Source: Opitutaceae bacterium (GTDB lineage Bacteria; Verrucomicrobiota; Verrucomicrobiia; Opitutales; Coraliomargaritaceae). From it: a stretch of DNA of 64,000 nucleotides. Shown piece by piece: positions 40,883 to 53,884 of the stretch. The number at the start of each line of letters is the position of its first letter. Within the stretch, counting starts at the first letter, position 1. A model generated the notes under the pieces. The model did not search any database and was not told the origin of the DNA. It saw nothing but the letters and a program-made list of their open reading frames with translations. Location of the stretch: the NCBI GenBank assembly GCA_051252375.1, contig JBPOFY010000002.1, positions 384,001 through 448,000 on the forward strand, given 5' to 3'. The translations under genes were made by a program, and so were the position numbers.

Positions 40883-41866
40883 CTACGCATGATCGATCGC
40901 GCTCAATTCCTCATCGCTAAAGGGAGCGGCTTCCAATCCCGCGAGTATATCTAGAATCTGCGCAGAGCGACTCGCCCCGATGAGTGCGGAAGTCACTGTC
41001 GAGCGTCGCAACACCCAAGATATAGCCATCTGAGCGAGGCTCTGACCACGGGCGAGCGCGATCTCGTTGAGCGTGCGCACTGTATTCATGGTCTGCTGGA
41101 CCTGTGCCTCTTGCAGGAAAGGGCTGTTCACATCTGCCGCGCGAGAATCGGCAGGGATCTCGGTGAGGTATTTATTGGTCAACATCCCTTGCGCCAACGG
41201 CGAGAAGACGATGGCACCGACTCCCGTTTCATCCAGCTCATCAAGGAGCCCGTCTTCGACCCAGCGGTCTAATATACTATAGCGGGGCTGATGGATCAGA
41301 CAGGGAGTGCCCAGCTCGCGGAGGATCTTTACGGCTTCTCTGAATTCAGTAGGACGGTAGTTGGACAGCCCGACATACAGCGCCTTGCCGGAGCGAACCG
41401 CGGTGTCCAGCGCGCCCATGGTTTCCTCTAAGGGCGTCTCAGGGTCTGGGCGATGACTGTAAAAAATATCGACATAATCGAGCCCCATGCGCTGCAAGCT
41501 CTGATCTAGGCTGGAGAGCATATACTTGCGCGAGCCCCACTCGCCATAAGGCCCCTCCCACATATGGTAGCCTGCCTTGGTCGAAATAATCAGTTCATCG
41601 CGATACGGTCGAAAATCCTGCGCAAAGATTTTGCCGAAGTTGCGCTCCGCCGAGCCGGGAGGCGGTCCATAGTTATTTGCGAGGTCGAAGTGCGTGATGC
41701 CGTTGTCGAAGGCGCAATGCAGCATCTCGCGGCTATTCTCGAAGTCATCCACATCGCCGAAGTTATGCCACAAGCCGATCGAGACAGGTGGCAGCTTCAA
41801 CCCACTACGACCACAGCGGTTGTAATCTATTTTAGTATATCGATTCGAGGCAGGTAAATAGGACAT
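40883..41866 (-). CDS. Aldo/keto reductase (L-glyceraldehyde 3-phosphate reductase YghZ/Gpr-like)
   Basis: GLWHNFG, FDLANNYGPPPGSAE, STKAGY, YSHRPD motifs. Confidence 0.9.
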   Translation of the reverse strand: MSYLPASNRYTKIDYNRCGRSGLKLPPVSIGLWHNFGDVDDFENSREMLHCAFDNGITHFDLANNYGPPPGSAERNFGKIFAQDFRPYRDELIISTKAGYHMWEGPYGEWGSRKYMLSSLDQSLQRMGLDYVDIFYSHRPDPETPLEETMGALDTAVRSGKALYVGLSNYRPTEFREAVKILRELGTPCLIHQPRYSILDRWVEDGLLDELDETGVGAIVFSPLAQGMLTNKYLTEIPADSRAADVNSPFLQEAQVQQTMNTVRTLNEIALARGQSLAQMAISWVLRRSTVTSALIGASRSAQILDILAGLEAAPFSDEELSAIDHA

Positions 41867-41953
41867 AATGAGCAAAATGGTAAAATCGCCTCGAGGTGCA
41901 ATCACACATAAAAAATTCGTGCAAGACGACCATTACCCAGTATAGTAATCGGT

Positions 41954-42415
41954 ATGCCAGCAGAAGTGATACGCAACCCGGGCGCGTTTGAACCGGTCAT
42001 TCAGTTTTCGATCCATGCCGATAACAAGGTGGGACGGTTGAACGAAATTATTGGACTACTCTCCGTGCATAATGTGCACATCATGGCGCTCTCGATTCTG
42101 GATACGACCGACAGCTCAATTATACGACTCATCGTCGACTATCCTCAAGAGGCCCAAAAGCTGCTGATCGAGCACCAGTTCTCGTTTGTCCAAAGTGAAT
42201 TGATCGCCGTTGAGCTGAAAGACGAGTCCGAGATCAAGACTGTGACCTCCGCACTCGTGCAGGCCGAAATCAACATCCACTACATCTACCCTTTCCTCGT
42301 TCGCCCGAATGACCGCTACGCACTTGCCATCAGTCTAGAGGATAACGACCTCGCCGCCGAGACATTGAAACGACACCAGCTCCGCATCATCGGCCAAGAA
42401 GACATCACACGATAG
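41954..42415 (+). CDS. Tandem ACT-domain protein
   Basis: QFSI..DNKVGRL...NV.I.ALSI.DT.D...IRLIV; INIHY.Y. Confidence 0.8.
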   Translation: MPAEVIRNPGAFEPVIQFSIHADNKVGRLNEIIGLLSVHNVHIMALSILDTTDSSIIRLIVDYPQEAQKLLIEHQFSFVQSELIAVELKDESEIKTVTSALVQAEINIHYIYPFLVRPNDRYALAISLEDNDLAAETLKRHQLRIIGQEDITR

Positions 42416-42491
42416 CCTGAGCAGTGATTAAATTTTCCTATTTTGATGAGGAGACTTGCAGCGCATCCGGCAACTACACTTAATAGCCGAT

Positions 42492-43121
42492 ATGCCTCTC
42501 AAACGCTCACGCCCCAACACTGAGATTAAGTTCCAGAACGCCGTTCTAGAATTAGTCGCGACAGAGGGCTGTGCCGCGCTCGGCATCAATGTCGTCGCCC
42601 AAAAAGCCGGTGCCGACAAAGTCCTGATATACCGCTATTTTGGCGACTTAAACGGACTACTTGAGAGAGTGGCGGAAAGTCGCAGTTGGTTGCCCGCTGC
42701 CGAAGAAGTCTTAGCATCGGTCTCGCACCATCGCACCGACTGCACACGCTACCTCAAGGAACTCTTTCACTACATGGTGCAGCACATCCAAACGGATGCC
42801 ACCACACACCAACTCGTGCGCTGGCGCAAAGCCCATAAAAATCCGCTCACAAATCACTTCAGCGAAGAATGGCATAGTTTCTGGAAACAGCTCATCACGG
42901 AACTCGGTCGCAGCCTCGACCACGAACAAAAACTGGACTGGAAACACGCCTTCCACCTCATCGCATTATTGATCGAGTCAGAACTTTGCGACGAAGGCAT
43001 GGACTATGATTGCCTCGAAACCATCGCAGTGAACCTCAATGCACCGGAAGCCTACGAAGCCCCCGAGGGTCACATCGCCAGTGACGAGGAAGACGACCGC
43101 CTACCGACTAATTTACTTTAA
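42492..43121 (+). CDS. TetR/AcrR-family regulator
   Basis: VAQKAGADKVLIYRYFG helix-turn-helix. Confidence 0.85.
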   Translation: MPLKRSRPNTEIKFQNAVLELVATEGCAALGINVVAQKAGADKVLIYRYFGDLNGLLERVAESRSWLPAAEEVLASVSHHRTDCTRYLKELFHYMVQHIQTDATTHQLVRWRKAHKNPLTNHFSEEWHSFWKQLITELGRSLDHEQKLDWKHAFHLIALLIESELCDEGMDYDCLETIAVNLNAPEAYEAPEGHIASDEEDDRLPTNLL

Positions 43122-43136
43122 TACGCGAACGACCCT

Positions 43137-43931
43137 ATGAAAAACTATTTGGATCTTCTCCGCACGGTTCTTGAAACCGGCACCTACCGTGATGACCGGA
43201 CCGGCACAGGCACCTACTCCATCTTCGGCGCTCAAGCGCGTTTCTCACTCGATCCCGACTTTCCGCTGCTCACCACCAAGAAGCTGCACCTGCGCTCAAT
43301 CATCCACGAGCTGCTCTGGTTCCTAAAAGGTGAAACCAACATCAAATATCTGAAAGAAAACAAAGTCCGCATTTGGGATGAATGGGCCGACGACAATGGC
43401 GACCTTGGCCGCGTCTATGGCGCACAATGGACCGATTGGGCCGCCCCCAACGGCGAGCGCGTCAACCAGATCGCCGAAGTCATCGAATCGTTGACCAACA
43501 ATCCGGACAGCCGCCGCCACATCGTCTGCGCGTGGAATCCGGGTGAAATCAAACACATGGCGCTGCCACCCTGCCACGCCCTTTTTCAATTCTACGTCGC
43601 CAACGGCGAGCTCAGTTGCCAGCTCTACCAACGCAGTGCTGACATCTTTCTAGGCGTGCCTTTCAACATCGCTTCATACGCGCTGCTCACCCAAATGATC
43701 GCGCAAGTCTGCGGTCTAAAAGCTAAAGAATTCGTCCACACTTTCGGCGACCTCCACCTCTACGCCAACCATGTAGAGCAAGCCAAAGAGCAACTCTCTC
43801 GCGAACCGCGCCCGTTGCCACAGATGAAGCTCAATCCCGATGTCAAAACCATCGACGGCTTCACCTACGAAGACTTCGAACTCGTCAACTACGACCCCCT
43901 CCCCGCTATCAAAGCACCGATCGCAGTCTAA
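43137..43931 (+). CDS. thyA: Thymidylate synthase
   Basis: DRTGTGT, ELLWFL, MALPPCH, YQRSAD.FLGVPFN motifs. Confidence 0.97.
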   Translation: MKNYLDLLRTVLETGTYRDDRTGTGTYSIFGAQARFSLDPDFPLLTTKKLHLRSIIHELLWFLKGETNIKYLKENKVRIWDEWADDNGDLGRVYGAQWTDWAAPNGERVNQIAEVIESLTNNPDSRRHIVCAWNPGEIKHMALPPCHALFQFYVANGELSCQLYQRSADIFLGVPFNIASYALLTQMIAQVCGLKAKEFVHTFGDLHLYANHVEQAKEQLSREPRPLPQMKLNPDVKTIDGFTYEDFELVNYDPLPAIKAPIAV

Positions 43932-44007
43932 AGAACCAGACTTAATCCTCCCTTTAATGACAATAGATTAGGATTAAGAATAAGATTACGAGTAAGACCT
44001 ATTTATA

Positions 44008-44469
44008 ATGAACACCTACAAAGCCATTGCCGCCATGGCGGAAAATCGCGCCATCGGAAACGCCGGCGACATTCCATGGCACCTCCCGGAGGACTTTAAG
44101 TGGTTCAAGAAAACAACCATGGGCCAAATTCTGGTCATGGGGCGCAAGACTTACGAATCCATTGGGCGTCCACTCCCCGGTCGTGAAACCTTCGTGCTCA
44201 GTCGGCAACCACAATCCATTCCCGGTGTCCACAGTTTCACGGACCTAGAAATGCTGGATCACCTGCAAACAGATAAAACCATCTGGATCGCTGGTGGCGG
44301 TGAAATCTACCGCCAGATGCTCCCTCGCTGCGAAGAGCTTTACCTGACCCGCGTGCATCGCACCGTCGAAGGCGACGCCTTTTTTCCCGAATTCGAAGAT
44401 CAATTCAGCCTCAAAGAAATTATGCTTCAGAACGACGATTTCACCATCGAGCACTGGGTGCGCAACTAA
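44008..44469 (+). CDS. folA: Dihydrofolate reductase
   Basis: IPWHLPEDF, MGRKTYESIGRPLPGR, IAGGGEIY, GDAFFP motifs. Confidence 0.95.
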   Translation: MNTYKAIAAMAENRAIGNAGDIPWHLPEDFKWFKKTTMGQILVMGRKTYESIGRPLPGRETFVLSRQPQSIPGVHSFTDLEMLDHLQTDKTIWIAGGGEIYRQMLPRCEELYLTRVHRTVEGDAFFPEFEDQFSLKEIMLQNDDFTIEHWVRN

Positions 44470-44478
44470 ACGATCACC

Positions 44479-45201
44479 ATGAAAACCACATACTTTGTCA
44501 CCGCCTTACTCCTCATCGTCGCTACAGTCTGCAGTGCAGATATCCGCACTTGGACAGACACGCAGGGACGCTCGATGGAAGCCGAGTTTGTTCGCGTCGA
44601 TGGCGATAAAGTCAGCTTTCAAAAGCCCGACGGCATGCGCTACGGTTTCCCCCTAGCCCAACTGTCACAGGCTGACAAAGATTACATCAAAAGCCTCAAC
44701 GAATCCGACAGTAACGCCGGTAGCGAAGCCGCCACTGCACTCGAGGAAAGTGAGCTGGCCGAGTGGTTAGACAAAAATCTAGTCGCGGTGAACGGCAAAA
44801 AAGTCGCGCGCCTCGGAGAAAGCCACCTCCCACAAGCAGAATATATTGCCATCTATTATTCCGCGTCTTGGTGCCCACCTTGCCGTAAATTCACCCCTGT
44901 GCTCGTCGATTTCTACAACGAACAGCGCGCAAAACATGACAATTTTGAATTGGTCTATGTCAGTTCTGACAGGGCTGAAGAAGCCCAAGAGAAATACATG
45001 CTCGACGATAAGATGCCTTGGCCAGCCGTAAAATTCAGCAAAGCGAAAGACAAAATGGCCAAACAGTATTCTGGTTCCGGCATCCCTTGTCTCGTATTAC
45101 TCGATCGCCAAGGCAATGTCCTCAAACACAGCTACGTGGACGGTAAATATGTCGGTCCTACAGTCGTCATGAACGAACTAGGCAAACTGCTGGGCAAATA
45201 A
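44479..45201 (+). CDS. Secreted thioredoxin-like protein with N-terminal SHD1-like domain
   Basis: RTWTD..GR..EA.F...LSQAD..YI; SASWCPPCR active site. Confidence 0.8.
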   Translation: MKTTYFVTALLLIVATVCSADIRTWTDTQGRSMEAEFVRVDGDKVSFQKPDGMRYGFPLAQLSQADKDYIKSLNESDSNAGSEAATALEESELAEWLDKNLVAVNGKKVARLGESHLPQAEYIAIYYSASWCPPCRKFTPVLVDFYNEQRAKHDNFELVYVSSDRAEEAQEKYMLDDKMPWPAVKFSKAKDKMAKQYSGSGIPCLVLLDRQGNVLKHSYVDGKYVGPTVVMNELGKLLGK

Positions 45202-45229
45202 GCCCCTAGCGAACGACTCCGCGTTGAAA

Positions 45230-45325
45230 GGTAGCGGCGATGGTCCCCATCGCCACACGTCTGAGCTGCTCAACCTAATTCGGAGCGAAAATATGTAATG
45301 GCGGTCGGGACGACCGCCCCTACCT
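45230..45325. repeat. GTAG-footed REP doublet (family B variant)
   Basis: ggtagcggcgatggtccccatcgcc ... ggcggtcgggacgaccgcccctacc. Confidence 0.8.
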
Positions 45326-45339
45326 CTCTACTACCATAA

Positions 45340-45666
45340 CTACTCCGACTTCGAAGGTGCCCCTGCAACATACAGCAGGAAGAGCACATTCACACCTGGC
45401 ACCAGCATAAGCAGGCTGAAATAGGCAGCTTTGCCCATATCACGCAGGCGCTTCAACAACTGCATCAGCCCAATAAAGCAACAAATCAATGCGGCCACGA
45501 TCGTCAAGAAGATGGCCAAGGTCCCGAATGTTCCGTGATGCCAATGCGCGAAAAAGCGCGATGCCGCTTCGTAAACCGCAAAAACTAGCACCGCCAGAAT
45601 GACGATACGAAGGATAAAGGAGAAACGACCGAGGCGGCCTTCAGAACTGATAAGACTTTCTTTCAT
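45340..45666 (-). CDS. DUF805-family membrane protein
   Basis: GRLGRFSF...KRLRDMG...VPGVN motifs. Confidence 0.75.
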   Translation of the reverse strand: MKESLISSEGRLGRFSFILRIVILAVLVFAVYEAASRFFAHWHHGTFGTLAIFLTIVAALICCFIGLMQLLKRLRDMGKAAYFSLLMLVPGVNVLFLLYVAGAPSKSE

Positions 45667-45830
45667 GTGTGTGCAAAAAGGTTAATACCGCAGATGTTTA
45701 CGAAAGACCGCCGGATCGCAATAAAAACCTGCAAGCTATAATTTGTTTTGCAGCCACGCCCTCCTGCTTCACAAAATACACCTGTATCTCGTATCTCGTA
45801 TCCCACATCTAGCATCCCGTATCCCACTGC

Positions 45831-47618
45831 ATGTCCTCCATCCGTATTCTGTCCGACCGAGTCGCCAATCAAATCGCCGCTGGCGAGGTGATTGAGCGCC
45901 CTGTCGCAGTGGTCAAGGAACTGATCGAGAATAGCATCGATGCCGGTGCCACACGGATCGAGGTCGAGTTTCGCAACGGTGGCAAATCCTACATACGGAT
46001 CGAGGACAACGGCAAAGGCATGAGCCCCGACGAGGCCTCGCTTTCGCTCGAACGGCACGCCACCAGTAAAATCCGTGAAGCGTCCGACCTCAACGAAGTC
46101 TCCAGCTTTGGTTTTCGCGGTGAAGCCCTGCCCTCGATCGCTTCGGTTTCCAAGTTTACCATGCGCACCCGCACCGAAGGCTGGGACCATGGCACCGAAA
46201 TTCTAATCAACGGCGGCAAACTGATCGAAAAAAAGGAATGCGGCATGCCCATCGGCACCGTGATCGAAGTCGCCAACCTATTTAACTCAGTCCCCGCCCG
46301 ACGCAAATTCCTCAAGACCGACCCCACCGAAACGGCCCACATCACCTACAACACACGCCTGTTTGCGGTGGCCCACCCCAATGTCGCATTCCGTGTGCTG
46401 GAAAATGGGCGAACTGTATTTCAATCACCCGCCTGTGAAAACCTGCGCGACCGCATCGCCGAAATATGGGGACGCGCGCTAGCCGATGACCTCATGCCTG
46501 TCGATGTGACCGATGCCAAACGTGGCTTTCGCCTCACTGGACTGACCGCCAAACCCGGCGTAGGTCGCTCGACTCGCCGTGAGCTCGTAACACTCGTCAA
46601 TCGCCGACCCGTCGATAGCCGCACACTCGGCTTTGCCGTGCTCGACGCGTATCATGGCCGCATACAAAAAGGCCGCTACCCGCCCGCCTTTCTCTTTCTC
46701 GAGATCCAACCGCAGGACGTCGACGTCAACGTCCACCCCGCCAAACGCGAAGTGCGCTTCCGCGATGATGGTGCGGTGCGCCGCTTCGTGCTTAGTGCCG
46801 TGGCCGACACCCTGGCTGCAGCACGACCCAGTGCCAGCCAAGCACCAGTAGAGCCACCGACACAAACCGAAGCCATTCGCCCCAAGCCAGCGCCTGCCAT
46901 CGCTCAAACAACTGCCCCGAGCCCACGGTCGACATCCGCTCTACGCCCCGCAGCAGCGACGGCTACCCAGCCGGTAGCCTCCGTCATCTCGACACCCGCA
47001 GCAGAACCAAAGAAAGCCGCACCTGCCGCCGCCAAAGCGCCAGAATGGCAATTCATACGCCGCCTGAAGCAACGCTACGCACTCTTTGAAACGCCACGCG
47101 GACTCGTGATGCTGCACCTCCGACATGCCGACCAGCGCGTGCGCTTCGAGCGCATCTGTAAAGACTTCAAACAGGAAAGCGTCCCCAGCCAACGCTTGCT
47201 CATTCCCACTACCATCGAATTTGAACCACTGGCTTCCGAAGCGCTGAACCAACAACTCGATTTGCTCAATCAACAAGGCTTTGAAATCGAAGCCTTCGGT
47301 CGACACTTCTATCGCGTCGGCGCACTCCCTGCTTGGCTGGCCGAAGAACAAGCCGAGAGCTTCATCCGCGACCTCGTCGATATGATCCGTCAACGTGGCG
47401 ACCTGCGCAAACAATCCGAAATCGCTTGGCAAGCCATCGCCCGCCTCGCCGTCGAAGGCAGCCACCAGCGCAGCGATGCAATCGCCGACGCGAGCATCCA
47501 ACAATTGGCAAACGACCTGCTAGCTTGCGAAACACCGCACACCTCTCCCTTCGGTAAACCGACTTTCAGCGAAATCAGCTGGAACGAATGGAGTCGCCGT
47601 TTAGGCGGAGAAGGATAA
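45831..47618 (+). CDS. mutL: DNA mismatch repair protein MutL
   Basis: [36 protein letters not shown] motifs. Confidence 0.95.
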   Translation: MSSIRILSDRVANQIAAGEVIERPVAVVKELIENSIDAGATRIEVEFRNGGKSYIRIEDNGKGMSPDEASLSLERHATSKIREASDLNEVSSFGFRGEALPSIASVSKFTMRTRTEGWDHGTEILINGGKLIEKKECGMPIGTVIEVANLFNSVPARRKFLKTDPTETAHITYNTRLFAVAHPNVAFRVLENGRTVFQSPACENLRDRIAEIWGRALADDLMPVDVTDAKRGFRLTGLTAKPGVGRSTRRELVTLVNRRPVDSRTLGFAVLDAYHGRIQKGRYPPAFLFLEIQPQDVDVNVHPAKREVRFRDDGAVRRFVLSAVADTLAAARPSASQAPVEPPTQTEAIRPKPAPAIAQTTAPSPRSTSALRPAAATATQPVASVISTPAAEPKKAAPAAAKAPEWQFIRRLKQRYALFETPRGLVMLHLRHADQRVRFERICKDFKQESVPSQRLLIPTTIEFEPLASEALNQQLDLLNQQGFEIEAFGRHFYRVGALPAWLAEEQAESFIRDLVDMIRQRGDLRKQSEIAWQAIARLAVEGSHQRSDAIADASIQQLANDLLACETPHTSPFGKPTFSEISWNEWSRRLGGEG

Positions 47619-47673
47619 GTTCAAAAAGCAAAACCCCTTACTTTCACCCTCACACTCACTTCAACTTCCCTAA

Positions 47674-48981
47674 ATGCCCGCTGAGCGCCCAACATTTAAA
47701 GAATGGCAGACCCTTGCCTCGGAATCTCCCGAGCGAGTCGTCGATCAATTCTTGGGCAAGCTAGAGCTCATCACAGCAGAGAGTTCCAGGGCAATGATTG
47801 CCTCGCATTTTGATCGCGAGCGGACGCTCTCGGCGCTCAAAGCATCTTGCGCTCTAGAGGATGCCCCCCTGTCGGGCGTGCCTTACATACTGCAGGACCT
47901 CTTCGACGTCACCGGGCTACCAACCAAATGCGGTGCACCTTTTGATGAACCTTTCCTACCACCACTCGAACAATCCAGCTTACTGTATCAGAAACTGAAT
48001 ACACTCGGTGGTGTTTTCTTTGCCAAGTCCGTCCCCGCTGAATTCGGAATCGATATGCGCGGGCTCAACCCTACTTTCGGCGACTGCCCCCATGCCGACA
48101 GCCTACGCTACGTCTGCGGTGGCGGAGCTGGTGCCTCCATACATGCCGTCGCAGAAGGTTGGGCACCGATAGCGTTCGGGCTCGATACCACTGGCGGCAT
48201 TCGCATACCCGCAGCATTCCACGGACTTTTCGGCTTTCGCATGGGCACCAATGATTTCGCCCGCGAAGGCGTTTTCCCTATCGTGCCATCCATCGAAGCC
48301 GTCGGCTTCGCCACGGCCCATTGCGAAGACCTGCTCGCCGCATTCAAAGCCTTGCACCGCATCCCGATTTCCATCGAAGGTCCCAAAGTGGCACGCGGCT
48401 ATTTACTCACCGATCTTGCCGGCCCCCTCGAACCTTCACTGAAGGCCGGCATTATGCAGTTGCTTCGCGAACTCAACATCGATGACGAGCCCAGCACCCG
48501 TCGACGTTTACTCGACGCCTTTGCTCGTGGCGGACAAGCACTCTCCGTCATCGAAAGCCGCGAACTCTACTCGATCCATAAATATTGGATCGAAGAATAC
48601 GGCGAGCTCTACGCCCCCTCCGCAATGCAACGCATTCAGCAAGGTCGTGACTGCAGTGCCGCGGATGCCGAAAAAGCGATTCTCATTCAACAATGGATAC
48701 GCGCTAGCCTCACTGAATTTTTCGTCGATCACGATTATCTCGTCATCCCAATCTGCACGACACCAAGCCCCGAGAAAACGATCTGGAGCCCCGATCTGGA
48801 GCGCGACCTGCAGCAGCTAAATGCTCCCGCCAGCCTGTCTTTCCTCCCTGCGATGATTCTTCCTGTCCACTGCAACAAAGGTCTCCACGGCGCGGTTCAA
48901 ATTATCATCCACCCAAGAAAACTCCACTGCGTTCCACAGATCATCGAAAAAGTAACGAAGTATTACGCAATCGAAGAGTAG
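47674..48981 (+). CDS. Amidase-signature-fold protein, catalytic triad substituted
   Basis: GVPYILQDLFDV, CGGGAGAS..AVA and GLDTTGGIRIPAAF.G..G correspond to the amidase signature motifs. Confidence 0.75.
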   Translation: MPAERPTFKEWQTLASESPERVVDQFLGKLELITAESSRAMIASHFDRERTLSALKASCALEDAPLSGVPYILQDLFDVTGLPTKCGAPFDEPFLPPLEQSSLLYQKLNTLGGVFFAKSVPAEFGIDMRGLNPTFGDCPHADSLRYVCGGGAGASIHAVAEGWAPIAFGLDTTGGIRIPAAFHGLFGFRMGTNDFAREGVFPIVPSIEAVGFATAHCEDLLAAFKALHRIPISIEGPKVARGYLLTDLAGPLEPSLKAGIMQLLRELNIDDEPSTRRRLLDAFARGGQALSVIESRELYSIHKYWIEEYGELYAPSAMQRIQQGRDCSAADAEKAILIQQWIRASLTEFFVDHDYLVIPICTTPSPEKTIWSPDLERDLQQLNAPASLSFLPAMILPVHCNKGLHGAVQIIIHPRKLHCVPQIIEKVTKYYAIEE

Positions 48982-49014
48982 AGTAAATAATTGGCCCCAC
49001 AAAGGAGCCGAAAA

Positions 49015-49305
49015 CTATTCTTCCTCGTCTTCAGACTTCTTGTTGTCGCGATCACGATCACGCTCTTTGGCGACATTGACCGCCAATGCACGACCAGCGA
49101 CTTCTTGACCATCTAATTGGCGAATCGCTTCTTGCCCGGCAGCCTCATCGACCATGGTGACAAAACCGAAACCACGAGGGCGGCCACCACCTGGACGCGT
49201 CACAATGATCGCGTCTTCAACCTCACCGGTTTGTGAGAAGATCTCCTTGAGATCTTCAGCAGTGGCATCGAAAGATAAGTTTCCTACGTAAAGTCGAACG
49301 GACAT
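49015..49305 (-). CDS. RRM RNA-binding protein
   Basis: RNP2 LYVGNL and RNP1 RGFGFVTM. Confidence 0.92.
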   Translation of the reverse strand: MSVRLYVGNLSFDATAEDLKEIFSQTGEVEDAIIVTRPGGGRPRGFGFVTMVDEAAGQEAIRQLDGQEVAGRALAVNVAKERDRDRDNKKSEDEEE

Positions 49306-49449
49306 AGTATAAATGGATAATAGTTAAGATAGAGTAGCTAAAGGATGAGGAAAGCGGATGAACCGCCCCGCTGACAATCATTAATTAAAAGCGATTGAGA
49401 TTTGCCAAAGTGACTGGACAGAGCTTGCGTGAGAAAAAGAACGATCACC

Positions 49450-51210
<1,761 letters not shown>

Positions 51211-51253
51211 ATAAATTAATCAATGGATATCGGCCCCAAGAATCACCTGTATT

Positions 51254-51282
51254 GGTAGGGATCGTTATCCTTAACGATCCGC
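51254..51282 (+). repeat. GTAG REP, left flank of second RAYT
   Basis: ggtagggatcgttatccttaacgatccgc. Confidence 0.8.
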
Positions 51283-51346
51283 CGTCGTCCTAGCCCAGCA
51301 AACACTCGACCTTGACGAAATCGCTCAGTTAAACCATGTAAAACAC

Positions 51347-51793
51347 ATGTCTTTACCAAGTCGCAAGCAACTGCCACACGACATACCAGACTGGGTTCAA
51401 GATGGAGCCCCTTATTTCATCACTTTCAATTGCGAACCACGAAAAGTGAACCAACTAGCGAATCCAGAAACGTTCCGATCCATCCAAAACGCAGCGGCGC
51501 ACTATACCGCGCAAAACTTGTGGCACCTACAAATCATGATGGTCATGCCCGACCACATTCACCTTTTATGCTCTCTAAACACCCGAACTAAAAGCATCAA
51601 AACCATTATTGGCGGCTGGAAACGATATCTTGCCAAAGCAAATGCGATTAAGTGGCAAAGTAACTTCTTCGAGCATCGAATACGCCATGAAGATGAACTT
51701 TCAGAAAAATTCGCCTACATCAAAAATAACCCCGTGCGCGCAAAACTATGCGATTCGGCGACCGACTGGCCGTATAGCATAAGTAACTGCTAG
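51347..51793 (+). mobile_element. Second REP-associated tyrosine transposase (RAYT)
   Basis: YFITFNC, VMPDHIH, WQ..F.EH.IR, YIKNNPV, WPYS motifs. Confidence 0.9.
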
Positions 51794-51847
51794 AGAGAAA
51801 TATAACTCAGTAAAACCCCAAGCATTCAGCATTTATTTGCAACATCT

Positions 51848-51876
51848 GCGGCACGATAAGGATATCGTGCCCTACC
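51848..51876 (-). repeat. GTAG REP, right flank of second RAYT (inverted)
   Basis: Reverse complement ggtagggcacgatatccttatcgtgccgc. Confidence 0.8.
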
Positions 51877-52019
51877 TTTCTCAGATTACACCGAGGAATC
51901 TATGCTCAGGAATCGTCTTCCGTGCTTGATTTGATGGCGTTTTACTGTCTTTTTCCTTCCCCTTCCACGCGGGCGCTGCCGTCCGCACATCGAACACAAC
52001 GCAAAACTACCACATCACA

Positions 52020-53804
52020 ATGAAAACCGAAAAAGCAATCGACTTCCCTAAGCAGGACGAAATTGGCCCCGAAATGAAGGGTGCTGACGTCTTGGTCGCC
52101 TCTCTTGAGCGCGAGGGTGTGGATGTGGTCTTCGCCTATCCTGGTGGCGCGTCGATGGAGCTGCACCAATCCCTGACTAAGAGCACAAAGATCCGCACCA
52201 TCCTGCCTCGCTTCGAGCAAGGTGGTGGTTTCATGGCTCACGGCTATGCCCGTGCCACTGGTAAAGCCAGCGTCTGCATGGCCACTTCCGGCCCTGGTGC
52301 GACCAATCTGGTCACTTGTATCGCCGATGCTTACATGGACAGCATCCCTTTGATCGCGATCACCGGTCAGGTGTATCAACAGTTCATCGGTAAAACCGCT
52401 TTCCAAGAAACCGACTTCTTCGGCATGACGCTTCCGATCGTGAAGCACAGTTTCCTCGTTCTCGATAAGGAAGACCTGCCACGTGTCGTCAAAGAAGCCT
52501 TCCACATTGCGACCACTGGTCGCCCTGGCCCCGTCGTGATCGACATCCCTAAGGATGTCCAACAAGCGATCTACGCACCGACTTTTCCTGCCGAGATTGA
52601 TATCCCTGGCTACAAGATCGAATCCACCAAGCCAGAAGCAACCGACGCAGAGTTGCTCAACGTGCTTGATTTGATCAGCGGTGCCGAGCGCCCTGTTCTT
52701 TATATCGGCGGCGGTATCATTTCTGCCGAGGCACACCTCGAACTCCGCGAGTTTGCTGAAGTCACTGGTTTGCCAGTGGCCTCGACCCTCATGGGGCTAG
52801 GAGCCTTCGACGCCGAGCACCCACAATCACTCTACTGGTTCGGCATGCACGGCACTGTTGCTGGCAACTGGGCAGTTTGCGATAGCGACATCCTCATCTG
52901 CGCCGGCGCTCGTTTCGATGACCGTATCACAGGTCTCGTTTCCAAGTTCGCACCCGATTCCGAAATCGTTCACATCGATATCGACGTTTCCGAGCACAAT
53001 AAGAACAAGCGCGTCAAACACCCGATCCACTCAGACATTAAATACGCACTCAAGCGTATGACTGAGCTCGTGAAGGCCGGTAAATTCAAAAAGCCCGACC
53101 TCAGCGCTTGGTTCAAAACCATCAACGGCTGGAAAGAGGAGTATCCTTTCTCTTACGACAAGACTGGGCACATCACTCAACAAGAAGCGATCGAAACACT
53201 CTACGAAGTCACTAAGGGCGATGCCATCATCACGACTGGTGTTGGACAGCACCAAATGTGGGCTGCCCAGTTCTTCAAGTTCCGCGAGCCACGCACTTAC
53301 ATCAGCTCCCTCGGTCTAGGCACGATGGGCTTCGGTCTCCCCGCTGCGATCGGTGCGAAGGTGGCCTTCCCTGATCGCTTGGTGGTCAACATCGACGGCG
53401 ACGGTTGCTTCATGATGAACATCCAGGAGCTCGCCACTGCCAAGATTGAGAAGATCAACGCCAAGACAATCATCCTGAACAACCAACACCTCGGCATGGT
53501 GGTTCAATGGGAAGACCTTCTCTACGAAAGTGTCCGTGGCCAAACCGTCCTTTGCGACAAGGACAACATCGGCGGTCCAGATAACATCGACGCCATCTAT
53601 CCGGACTTCGTTAAGATCTCCGAAGGTTTCGGCGTTGCCGGCAAGCGCGTCGTAAAACGCGAAGACCTCCGCGGCGCGATTGAAGAAATGATCGCTCACG
53701 ACGGACCTTACGTCCTCGAAGTTATCGTTCCTTACACCGAGCACGTTTTGCCAATGATCAAGCAAGGTCTCGGCGCTAAGGAAATCTTAATCAAATCCGA
53801 GTAA
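52020..53804 (+). CDS. ilvB: Acetolactate synthase large subunit
   Basis: [47 protein letters not shown] motifs. Confidence 0.95.
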   Translation: MKTEKAIDFPKQDEIGPEMKGADVLVASLEREGVDVVFAYPGGASMELHQSLTKSTKIRTILPRFEQGGGFMAHGYARATGKASVCMATSGPGATNLVTCIADAYMDSIPLIAITGQVYQQFIGKTAFQETDFFGMTLPIVKHSFLVLDKEDLPRVVKEAFHIATTGRPGPVVIDIPKDVQQAIYAPTFPAEIDIPGYKIESTKPEATDAELLNVLDLISGAERPVLYIGGGIISAEAHLELREFAEVTGLPVASTLMGLGAFDAEHPQSLYWFGMHGTVAGNWAVCDSDILICAGARFDDRITGLVSKFAPDSEIVHIDIDVSEHNKNKRVKHPIHSDIKYALKRMTELVKAGKFKKPDLSAWFKTINGWKEEYPFSYDKTGHITQQEAIETLYEVTKGDAIITTGVGQHQMWAAQFFKFREPRTYISSLGLGTMGFGLPAAIGAKVAFPDRLVVNIDGDGCFMMNIQELATAKIEKINAKTIILNNQHLGMVVQWEDLLYESVRGQTVLCDKDNIGGPDNIDAIYPDFVKISEGFGVAGKRVVKREDLRGAIEEMIAHDGPYVLEVIVPYTEHVLPMIKQGLGAKEILIKSE

Positions 53805-53823
53805 TCGGTTCGCAATTTGCTTT

Positions 53824-53862
53824 ATGCGTATTCCCCCTACGTGGGGAATACGCATTTTTTTG
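53824..53862 (+). terminator. Intrinsic terminator after ilvB
   Basis: atgcgtattcccc-ctacgt-ggggaatacgca followed by a T-run. Confidence 0.8.
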
Positions 53863-53884
53863 AACACATAGCTCCCTCATTATC

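Noticed and set aside
51942..52736. 264-aa antisense ORF over ilvB and similar long shadow ORFs
   Set aside because: These are antisense shadows of strongly codon-biased housekeeping genes with no recognisable motifs.
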